Shown here: piece after piece, positions 33,218 to 40,111 of the stretch
Numbering within the stretch: the stretch's first letter is position 1
How the letters are laid out: the number at the start of each line of letters is the position of its first letter
IMG/VR virus record: IMGVR_UViG_3300048080_000413
Coordinates: 1-40,111 of that record
Source: a virus
Lineage: Duplodnaviria; Caudoviricetes
DNA length: 40,111 nt
Direction: 5' to 3' (one strand)
The notes under the pieces: generated by a model
Told to the model about the DNA's origin: nothing
Seen by the model: only the letters and a program-made list of their open reading frames with translations
The model's database searches: none
Translations under genes and position numbers: made by a program

Positions 33218-33829
33218 TTGACCGACCGACGCTCATTCCCGCGGGCACTGGCCTTGGTCCTGGGCGTGTTCATCGCACTCGCGTTGACGCTGACGCTCGT
33301 CTCTGTCGCCGGAGCGACGAAGCCGAACCCCGACCACAAGGCCACCATCTGTCATGCCCATCCGGCTGACACCGCAGCGGCTGGCTTCGCCAGCATCACG
33401 GTCGACGTCGCCTCCGTGGGCTACGTGCAGGCCGGCCACCAGAGCGAGCACGACGCTGACATCATCCCCGCGTACGAGTACACGGACGTCAACGGTGCGA
33501 CCTTCTCGTTCTACGGCAAGAACCTCGGAACCCTCTTCTTCGGGACCACCGGCCTGACGATCCTCAACAATGGGTGCCAGTTGCTGGACCCGAGCGAGGA
33601 CCCGAGCCCCACCCCCGAGCAGAGCATCGGCGAGCCGTCGTTCACCGAGAACCCGAGCCCGAGCGATCCTGCATCCAGCCAGCCCGAGGCGAGTGCGCCC
33701 GGACTGTCGAATACCGCACTGTCCGGCCACGGTGGCGTCACCGACGACGGATGGCTTCTGATCTACGGGACCCTGATGGTCATCATCCTGGGCTCCGCCT
33801 TCGTCTCCGCAGCGCGCGCGGTCAGGTAG
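33218..33829 (+). CDS. Secreted, putatively sortase-anchored surface protein (203 aa)
   Basis: TTG with GAGGAG RBS; signal peptide; HKATICH...GHQSEHDADIIP domain; Pro/Ser/Glu linker; LSNTA, TM helix, RAVR tail. Confidence 0.7.
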   Translation: MTDRRSFPRALALVLGVFIALALTLTLVSVAGATKPNPDHKATICHAHPADTAAAGFASITVDVASVGYVQAGHQSEHDADIIPAYEYTDVNGATFSFYGKNLGTLFFGTTGLTILNNGCQLLDPSEDPSPTPEQSIGEPSFTENPSPSDPASSQPEASAPGLSNTALSGHGGVTDDGWLLIYGTLMVIILGSAFVSAARAVR

Positions 33830-34342
33830 ATGCCTGATCCGCACTCCGCGGGACACACTGAGAGTCGGCCCATCGTCCTCGTGATGTGGGTCGACTCCGG
33901 CTTCTCCTTTGCTCAACCCTGGACCGATCAGGATGAACTGATCGAGCGTGCCCGAAACTGGGACGGGTACGTGACGACCACGGGCTATCTCATGTACGAG
34001 GACAACCGATGCGTCGTAATCAGCCAGTCACGCGACGGCGGCGAGGAGACGCTACCGGGAGAGCCGCGGTGGGCCGCGTGCTTCCTCATCAACCGGGCGA
34101 ACATCCTGAAGATGGAGCCCCTGATCCCCATGTCGGCATCAACTGGAAGCGAACTCCCTGTCTCTGCGGCTGCCACTTCGGATCAGCCGGAGATGGATGC
34201 GACCCAGGCTGCCCACCAGTTCGACCCCATGCACGCGCGTAGCGGCATCAACGACCTCCATCCTGGGTGGATGGATACCGAGACCCCCGAGGGGGCTATC
34301 GTGGCGCAGCGCCCGGCACAGCCTGCCCCAGGCGATTCCTGA
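33830..34342 (+). CDS. Conserved phage hypothetical protein (170 aa)
   Basis: V.V.W.DS...T.GYL..ED...VVISQS pattern. Confidence 0.6.
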   Translation: MPDPHSAGHTESRPIVLVMWVDSGFSFAQPWTDQDELIERARNWDGYVTTTGYLMYEDNRCVVISQSRDGGEETLPGEPRWAACFLINRANILKMEPLIPMSASTGSELPVSAAATSDQPEMDATQAAHQFDPMHARSGINDLHPGWMDTETPEGAIVAQRPAQPAPGDS

Positions 34343-34548
34343 TGGCCTGCGAGCACGGGCATAGCCCACAGATTGGACGCGGACCGGGTACCCCGATCGT
34401 CTGCGCCGGCTGTGGGGCCCGTGCTACCTGGGGGAGGCCCCCTGCGGTGTCGCAGCAGTTCGGGTGGCCGAAGCCCCTACGCCGGCCAAGGTCCCGGCCG
34501 TTCAGCCCCATGCGGGATGGCTACGAGTACGACAGCAGCGAGCAGTGA
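34342..34548 (+). CDS. Zinc-finger microprotein (68 aa)
   Basis: CEHGH...CAGCG; TGATG overlap. Confidence 0.5.
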   Translation: MACEHGHSPQIGRGPGTPIVCAGCGARATWGRPPAVSQQFGWPKPLRRPRSRPFSPMRDGYEYDSSEQ

Positions 34549-35288
34549 CCCGTACCTGCGCCGTCTGTGAGCAGGAGTTCGAGCCCCGTGACCGCGGGGC
34601 TCGCGCTCGTATGTGCTCAAAGCGGTGCCGCAACCGGGCTCTGTACCTCGCCACCAGGGCGAAGGATCACGAGCGCCGCAAGCCGGCCGACCCGATCGCC
34701 AGGGCTCGGTACCAGCGGGATCGGATGCGCCGACTGCGAAGAGAGGGGCTGCGCCGCGAGTACGAGGCCGCCTATTACCGGCGACCAGAGGTGCAGGAGC
34801 GGTACCGCCTGCGCTGGCGTGAACTTTACGGGGACCCGCATCCCGACGTCATTCTGGCCGAGCCGTACACCGGCCACCGCTGGTTGGAGATGGCGCGGGC
34901 GGCTGTCGGTCGACCGAGCGATGCGTCGGCACCCTGGGCCGACGACGCCTGGGACGACATGGGCGAGGCAGTGCTGGCCCTGCTGGAGGGGCGCGACATG
35001 AAGCAGGCGATCGCCGAATACCGCTCGCAGGAGTATGTCTCTCGGCGCCTGACCATCCGGGCCGACGACTGGCGGGAGGACGACGACTACGACAAGTGGT
35101 TCGACTCCGTGCTGCCGGCTGTCCCGTCCGCGGAAGATTCGTTCTTCGCAACGCCAGCGAATATGGGGGTTCGAGCGAAGTTCCACAAGGGCTCGAACCG
35201 CAGGCGGTTTGGCAACAACCAGGGCCGGCAGGAGCCAGCCCAACGACGTCGCCGGCGAGACGCCGGCTGGAGGGCCCACGCAGCATGA
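34545..35288 (+). CDS. Zinc-finger, Arg-rich putative regulator (247 aa)
   Basis: CAVC..F......CSKRC; Arg-rich helix; GTGA overlap. Confidence 0.6.
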   Translation: MTRTCAVCEQEFEPRDRGARARMCSKRCRNRALYLATRAKDHERRKPADPIARARYQRDRMRRLRREGLRREYEAAYYRRPEVQERYRLRWRELYGDPHPDVILAEPYTGHRWLEMARAAVGRPSDASAPWADDAWDDMGEAVLALLEGRDMKQAIAEYRSQEYVSRRLTIRADDWREDDDYDKWFDSVLPAVPSAEDSFFATPANMGVRAKFHKGSNRRRFGNNQGRQEPAQRRRRRDAGWRAHAA

Positions 35289-35470
35289 AGTTCATCAGGT
35301 TCATCAGGGGGTACAAGTCGCTGGAGATCGTAGTCGGTCCGTACGCCGGCCGGCTCCAGTGGGCACGGTCCGCCGGGTTCTTCTTCCTCGACACCGACGG
35401 CCCCATCGTCCGGCGCCTACGACGCTGGTGGACCGGCTGGCACCGGTGGGAGGATGACTTCCCATGGTGA
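35285..35470 (+). CDS. Hypothetical protein (61 aa)
   Basis: ATGA overlap; Trp-rich C-terminus. Confidence 0.45.
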   Translation: MKFIRFIRGYKSLEIVVGPYAGRLQWARSAGFFFLDTDGPIVRRLRRWWTGWHRWEDDFPW

Positions 35471-35676
35471 CCAGGCCTCGCTACATCCTGCATCCGGGGT
35501 GGATGGTCTCGCGGAACGACGGCCAACGCCACTTCGTCGGCGTGGCCTCGCTTACCCACCTGTACGGTATCCGCCCCGGGGACGACATCCGCATCTACGA
35601 CGACCACGGGTACGTCTCGCACCATCTGCGGCCGCGGTATGAAGGTGACTACCCGAACGTCCACGCCGACGGCTGA
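35464..35676 (+). CDS. Hypothetical protein (70 aa)
   Basis: GGAGG RBS; last rightward gene before the terminator. Confidence 0.6.
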   Translation: MVTRPRYILHPGWMVSRNDGQRHFVGVASLTHLYGIRPGDDIRIYDDHGYVSHHLRPRYEGDYPNVHADG

Positions 35677-35687
35677 ACCCAGACACG

Positions 35688-35733
35688 AAGAAGCCCCCTC
35701 GGGCCGCTCACAGAGCAGTCGAGGGGGCTTCTT
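35688..35733. terminator. Bidirectional intrinsic terminator
   Basis: AAGAAGCCCCCTCG...CGAGGGGGCTTCTT inverted repeat between convergent operons. Confidence 0.8.
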
Positions 35734-35768
35734 GTTGGGCCCGCTGAGAGGAAGGGCAGCGGGCTTCG

Positions 35769-35879
35769 CTATGCCAGCCCGGTGAGGAGCCTCATCTCGA
35801 TCACCCATCGGGCGATCATGAGGACGCTGGCGGTGGTGAACAGGAGGCGGATGCCCCAGGCGCAGGCGAGGAGGATCAT
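35769..35879 (-). CDS. Small hydrophobic peptide (36 aa)
   Basis: MILLACAWGIRLLFTTASVLMIARW...; ATGA overlap. Confidence 0.35.
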   Translation of the reverse strand: MILLACAWGIRLLFTTASVLMIARWVIEMRLLTGLA

Positions 35880-36814
35880 GCCGTCCTCTTCCACATGTAG
35901 ACGACGATGTACGGCTGGAGGTTGTTGTGGGCCCCACCGCCGCCCTTGCTGCCGGTGTCGACGCCGGTCACCCCAGGCGTGCCGCTCATGGACGTGTCCA
36001 CGGTGAACCCGACCACGCCACCGGTCGCGGTAGGAAGACGGGTCTGGTTGTGAACGTGGGCCGGCATCTCGGCCTCGACGAGGGTGTGGGTCTTGGCTCC
36101 GCCAGTCTCCTCGACGGTATCGAACTCGGTCTGTCCGGCGTCCAGCCCCACGAGCGCGCGGCCTGCGCCGAAGGCTGCCCACGTGCCGGTGCCGAACAGG
36201 GTCCCGGGATTGGTCGAGACGGTGGAGACGTAGATGCTGCCCACGGGGTACACGAGGTTCACCATGTCGGTGGACGTGAAGGTGCCACCATCGGCACCGT
36301 CGGCACCGGGGAGTCCGGTCTCGCCCTGAATCCCTTGAATCCCCTGAATCCCCTGGGCCCCATCGTTGCCGGCTGGACCCTGGGCGCCGTCGGCTCCGGC
36401 GGCCCCCGTCTCACCCTGGACCCCCTGGCCTCCCTGGGGTCCCTGCGGTCCGGTGTCGCCGGTCGCACCGGTAGGCCCCATGATGTTGCCGATCAGGGAC
36501 CAGGCGCCGTTGCCCTTGAAGTGGATGTCCCCATTCGAGGAGCAGTAGTAGTAGTCGTCGTCGTTGCCGATCAGGTCCGAGGGCGCACCCGATCCACCGA
36601 GCCAGCGGTTGCCGTCTACACCATCCGCTCCCGGCGCCCCGTCGGCGCCATCGGTACCAGGAGGACCCTGCGGTCCAGGCTCCCCGCCCCCACCTATGGC
36701 GCTCACCTTCGGTTGCCAGGTGCCCGACTCCAGGGCGCGCTCCTCATCCGGCGTCTCCGGGACGAAGACGATTCTGGTGGATGCAGGGGTGAGTTTCTCT
36801 ACCTGGAGTTTCAT
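35876..36814 (-). CDS. Collagen-like tail fibre with baseplate gp10-like C-terminal domain
   Basis: Two Gly-X-Y tracts; YPVGSIY...W...GRALVG...GGAKTHTL...AHNNLQPYIVVYMWKRTA; start MKLQVEK. Confidence 0.8.
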   Translation of the reverse strand: MKLQVEKLTPASTRIVFVPETPDEERALESGTWQPKVSAIGGGGEPGPQGPPGTDGADGAPGADGVDGNRWLGGSGAPSDLIGNDDDYYYCSSNGDIHFKGNGAWSLIGNIMGPTGATGDTGPQGPQGGQGVQGETGAAGADGAQGPAGNDGAQGIQGIQGIQGETGLPGADGADGGTFTSTDMVNLVYPVGSIYVSTVSTNPGTLFGTGTWAAFGAGRALVGLDAGQTEFDTVEETGGAKTHTLVEAEMPAHVHNQTRLPTATGGVVGFTVDTSMSGTPGVTGVDTGSKGGGGAHNNLQPYIVVYMWKRTA

Positions 36815-37062
36815 CTCTTCTTCTTCTTCATGACGGGGCACTCCCGCCCAGTACACGACTGCCGATCCCGCATCCGGTGGTACTCGCGGTGCTTGCGATC
36901 GGCCGCGGCAGCATCCGAGTCAGCCTTGGCCTTCAGGCAGTGGTAGCACTCCTTGCAGAAAGGGTGCCGGTGGGCGTCGACGATCATGAAGAGGGCACCC
37001 AGGAGGATGGCTCCGATGATCGCCGAGGCGATGACGAGATGACTAGCGTCTGCGGGTGACAC
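36811..37062 (-). CDS. Small membrane protein with Cys motif (83 aa)
   Basis: N-terminal TM helix; CKECYHC. Confidence 0.5.
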   Translation of the reverse strand: MSPADASHLVIASAIIGAILLGALFMIVDAHRHPFCKECYHCLKAKADSDAAAADRKHREYHRMRDRQSCTGRECPVMKKKKR

Positions 37063-37195
37063 GACGCCTCCCCTTACGACGTCGTGCGACTGACAGGGCG
37101 ATGGCGATCGCCTGCTTCCGGGGCCGACCGGCGGCCATCTCGGCGCGAATGTTGCGACTGACGGCCGCCTTAGACTTACCCTTCGCCAGCGGCAT
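37043..37195 (-). CDS. Small basic protein (DUF6496-like, 50 aa)
   Basis: MPLAKGKSKAAVSRNIRAEM..GRPRKQAIAIALS.AR. Confidence 0.7.
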   Translation of the reverse strand: MPLAKGKSKAAVSRNIRAEMAAGRPRKQAIAIALSVARRRKGRRRVTRRR

Positions 37196-37496
37196 CGGGA
37201 ATGTCCTCGACCGCCACGTGGGAGGGCAAGAGACTCTGGTCCTGGGCCTGGGCAGCGGCCCCCGCATCTGCGCCGGCGGCGAAGGCCTGGGCCTCGTTCT
37301 CGCTGGCCGCGGAGACAGACGTGCTCACTCTTCGGACGAAGAGGCCGAGGCCAACCTCCGCCCCCAGGGCGATAGCAGCCAGCAACTTCTCGTCCATGAC
37401 GAAGAGGCCGGCGAGGACGCCGATGAACAGGATGGATCGGAGCGCGCCGGCAATAGCGACGGGCTCCTTGTCGAGGATTGCGCGAAAGTCGTACAT
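37176..37496 (-). CDS. Putative holin (106 aa)
   Basis: EPVAI, two TM helices, VRR; follows the endolysin with TGATG overlap. Confidence 0.65.
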   Translation of the reverse strand: MYDFRAILDKEPVAIAGALRSILFIGVLAGLFVMDEKLLAAIALGAEVGLGLFVRRVSTSVSAASENEAQAFAAGADAGAAAQAQDQSLLPSHVAVEDIPDAAGEG

Positions 37497-38326
37497 CAGA
37501 CGGTATCCTTCAGGTCGTCGCGTGCAGCCTGGATGCCGGCTGCCCGGGCAGCGACCTTCGCGGCCGCGATGTCTGCATCGTACTTCGCCTGGCTGATCCC
37601 GGTCGACTCGATTGCCGTCGGGGTAGAGCAGAAGAGGACGCTCACGTAGCCGAACTCGCGGCCCTTGGGAGTGGCCGCCCACGCGCCGTACCACCTCGGG
37701 TCCGCGGTGGCGCCGACCTTCGTCCCGTCGACGATGAAGTCGGGGTGCAGTTCGGTGTTGTTGGGCAGCATGGCGAGGATGTTGTCGCTCTTCACGAATG
37801 GACTCGCGCGGAAGCGCAGGCCGTCCACGCTACCGGTCGAGGTGGAGACCTTCTTGTTGTCGAGGGGTCGTGGGTTAGTTCCCTGGAGCACGCCTTCCTC
37901 CTGGTTCTGATCGAGCAGGGGCCAGATGTCGACCTCCACTCCGTTGTGCTTGCACCCGAGATGCCCGTGACAGGCCGTGACTCCGGTGTTTCCGATAGAT
38001 GCGATCTGCTGTCCCCTCGCAACGTGGTCGCCCACCTTGACGAGGATCAACTTGCAATGAGCGATGGCGAACTCGTACGAAGGGTCATCGTCCCAGATGA
38101 TGCGAACGATGCCGAAGGTCCCGCCAGCGTACGACACCTTACCGGTGACCATGGCGATGGCTGGGCTGCCGCACCTGCCGTCCCCGATGTCAACCCCCAT
38201 GTGGGGAGTCTTGTGGTCGGCGTCGATCGCACCGAAGGGGGCGGTGACGCGGAAGTCCCCGTAGATGGACGGTGATCCGAAGGGTCGGATGTACGCCTGC
38301 TTGACCGGGTTGCCGATGCCGTTCAT
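37496..38326 (-). CDS. Endolysin, M23 peptidase with C-terminal SH3-like/binding domain
   Basis: HMGVD, VKVGDHV.RGQ.I..IGNTG, HGHLG. Confidence 0.85.
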   Translation of the reverse strand: MNGIGNPVKQAYIRPFGSPSIYGDFRVTAPFGAIDADHKTPHMGVDIGDGRCGSPAIAMVTGKVSYAGGTFGIVRIIWDDDPSYEFAIAHCKLILVKVGDHVARGQQIASIGNTGVTACHGHLGCKHNGVEVDIWPLLDQNQEEGVLQGTNPRPLDNKKVSTSTGSVDGLRFRASPFVKSDNILAMLPNNTELHPDFIVDGTKVGATADPRWYGAWAATPKGREFGYVSVLFCSTPTAIESTGISQAKYDADIAAAKVAARAAGIQAARDDLKDTV

Positions 38327-38643
38327 CCGAGGAACCTCCCGTTGAAGATCGAACCCAGGGCGACGACGATGCCGAGCCCAACGTTGATGATCGTGAGGAA
38401 CGCGACGATCGCCAGCATGAAGCGGTAGCGGGCATCGGCCGCCTCTCTCTGGGCGTTTACGACGGCGGTGCGGGTGATGTCGGTCACCTCCAGCGTGGAG
38501 AGCCGATGCTCGATCTCCTGCACATCGACATGGTCGGCCTTGGAATCAAGTTTCGACTCGATGCGTTCGAGTGACGCCTCCATCCGGCCGAAGCGGCCAC
38601 TCGGCGAGATCGTTCCCGACTCATCTTCGTGGTTCGTGGTCAT
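38323..38643 (-). CDS. Coiled-coil plus TM protein of the lysis cassette (106 aa)
   Basis: LERIESKLD.KA coiled coil and C-terminal TM helix. Confidence 0.65.
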   Translation of the reverse strand: MTTNHEDESGTISPSGRFGRMEASLERIESKLDSKADHVDVQEIEHRLSTLEVTDITRTAVVNAQREAADARYRFMLAIVAFLTIINVGLGIVVALGSIFNGRFLG

Positions 38644-38861
38644 TCCTCTCTCGGCACGGCGGACGTATCGAGCGAGTCCTCGATCCGGTCTGCCGTGTCC
38701 TGCATCGAGTCGGACATCTCCAGCGGCGGATGCTCGGATGCCATGTGCTCGCGCGCGGCGCGCTCCATGGCTGCGATGCGATTGTTGGCGATGTCCAGGA
38801 GGACCTGCTTCTCGCCGATGATGGCGAGCAGATTCTCGGTGGAGATATGGGTTTCCTGCAT
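38640..38861 (-). CDS. Hypothetical protein (73 aa)
   Basis: GAGGAAG RBS; LL.IIGEK...L pattern after the tail fibre. Confidence 0.6.
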   Translation of the reverse strand: MQETHISTENLLAIIGEKQVLLDIANNRIAAMERAAREHMASEHPPLEMSDSMQDTADRIEDSLDTSAVPREE

Positions 38862-38874
38862 CGGGTGCTTCCTC

Positions 38875-40111
38875 TCAGGCTACTGCGACTGACTTCCACG
38901 TCGATCCGACTCGAACGTAGAAGCGGCTGTTGGTGGTGTCGAGCGCGAAGTTACCCGACTGGTCGACGGTGAAGTCCGCATCGGACGGGACTCCAGCCTT
39001 CACCTTCATCGCCATCCCATCGGCGGCGTAGAAGTGGTCGTCCGTCTTCAGGTCGTTCGCTGCATTGCGATAGATGTTCGTGTCGATGGCTGCCGTCCCG
39101 CCGCCGAGCCCAATCGAAGCACCAGTCGCGTTGAAGAGAACCTGGAATCGTTGGTTCGCGTCTCCTGCAACCCTGGCGTTGTAGGCGCTGACGCCCTCCG
39201 TCGACCTCTCGATGGCGATGAATCCATCGGGAATGAACAGTTGGTCGGTCGCGGCAGTGATGAGGGTCAGGTCCCCGCTCGATCCGTTGGTGTCGAAGAC
39301 CAGGGTCTTGGCTGCACTGCGTCTCACCCAGACATCACGAGTAGCCGAGCCTGATCCCAACTGAAGGCTAGGAACCGCCGACAGGAGCCCCAGGAAGATG
39401 GGGTCCACCGTATGGGTCGTGTCTGCTACCGCGAACCCGGTAGTTAGGCTGGTGCCCACTACTCCCATGATAGATTGGGTCGAGGCCCCCTGAAGGTTCA
39501 GTCTTCCGACCGTAGACCGAGAGAGGCTCACATCCCCCGTGGCAGACCCGGACCCCCAACCGAACTTCCCATTGTGGGTCACGAGCCATCGAAACTGCGT
39601 ATCGCCCGAAACGGAGGAGACGATCATCGTGGACCCGACAGACGGGGCCTTGAACGAGATGCCAGCCGACGAGTTGGAGTAGTCTCCGATGTTCAGCGTG
39701 TCGAGGTACAACTTCGGGACCGCAGTGACGCCGTTGAGCCAGATCGTCGGGCTCCCGCTCGCCCTCGACGCCTCGATGAACACCCGCAGGTAGCGCGCGT
39801 CCGAGGGGGCAACGAGGGTCATCCCGTTGTGCATCTGGCGGATGTAGGTGGCCCGCGAGGTCGTGTAGTTGAGGCCGGTCTCCTGGATCGTGGCCGTAGC
39901 CGAGACGGAGTGGTCGGACTTCCTGAACTGGCACCCGACGGTCATGTCGAAGTCGGAGGCGGAGTTCGTGTACCGCCACATCAGGCTGATGGCGTACAAC
40001 TGGCCCGGGACGATCGGGATGTCCTGGAATATCTCGGCGGTTTCGGTGCCGTCCCACTGGAGCGCGAACCCACCGGCTGCGGTCGAGTCGGCCACTCGCT
40101 TCAGGGTCCCC
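38875..40111 (-). CDS. Tail fibre / receptor-binding protein (5' end outside window)
   Basis: Frame open to the window edge; CBM-like Q.IPIVPGQ.Y...APSDARYLRV; three G.G....D..L.R.....L repeats ending DTNIYRNAANDLKTDD. Confidence 0.75.
   Translation of the reverse strand, partial: GTLKRVADSTAAGGFALQWDGTETAEIFQDIPIVPGQLYAISLMWRYTNSASDFDMTVGCQFRKSDHSVSATATIQETGLNYTTSRATYIRQMHNGMTLVAPSDARYLRVFIEASRASGSPTIWLNGVTAVPKLYLDTLNIGDYSNSSAGISFKAPSVGSTMIVSSVSGDTQFRWLVTHNGKFGWGSGSATGDVSLSRSTVGRLNLQGASTQSIMGVVGTSLTTGFAVADTTHTVDPIFLGLLSAVPSLQLGSGSATRDVWVRRSAAKTLVFDTNGSSGDLTLITAATDQLFIPDGFIAIERSTEGVSAYNARVAGDANQRFQVLFNATGASIGLGGGTAAIDTNIYRNAANDLKTDDHFYAADGMAMKVKAGVPSDADFTVDQSGNFALDTTNSRFYVRVGSTWKSVAVA

Noticed and set aside
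36290-36690. Short tandem repeats such as CCCTGAATC
   Set aside because: They encode collagen Gly-X-Y triplets; not CRISPR or DGR repeats.
1-40111. Integrase, repressor, DNA polymerase, reverse transcriptase/DGR, spanins
   Set aside because: No recognisable motifs in this window; the genome is incomplete here, so absence is not proven.

Overview
High-GC tailed-phage genome segment, most likely podovirus-like. It opens inside the major capsid gene and ends inside a tail-fibre gene. Leftward late arm (1-17940): capsid, scaffold, 2310-aa and 901-aa putative internal virion/ejection proteins, portal, terminase, small basic proteins. A divergent control region lies at about 17950-18560. Rightward early/middle arm (18644-35676): zinc-finger microproteins, metallophosphoesterase, dATP/dGTP diphosphohydrolase, HAD nucleotidase, Cas4-like nuclease, ERF, DnaB, VRR-NUC, SSB, RepB-type primase, Rnl2-like RNA ligase, DUF4326 and a sortase-type surface protein. 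A bidirectional terminator separates it from the leftward tail-fibre/lysis block (35769-40111). The most striking signal is non-coding RNA, found by manual folding only. (1) A ~460-nt structured cassette ahead of the packaging operon is bookended by a D-armless initiator-tRNA-like element and an 88-nt tmRNA-like alanine-acceptor domain with no mRNA-like domain. (2) Two type II hammerhead ribozymes bracket early genes. (3) There is an atypical tRNA-His. The giant virion protein appears to carry HhH-glycosylase-like, SAM-lyase-like and zincin domains. No integrase, DNA polymerase or CRISPR array was seen. All family calls come from motif recognition, not database searches.
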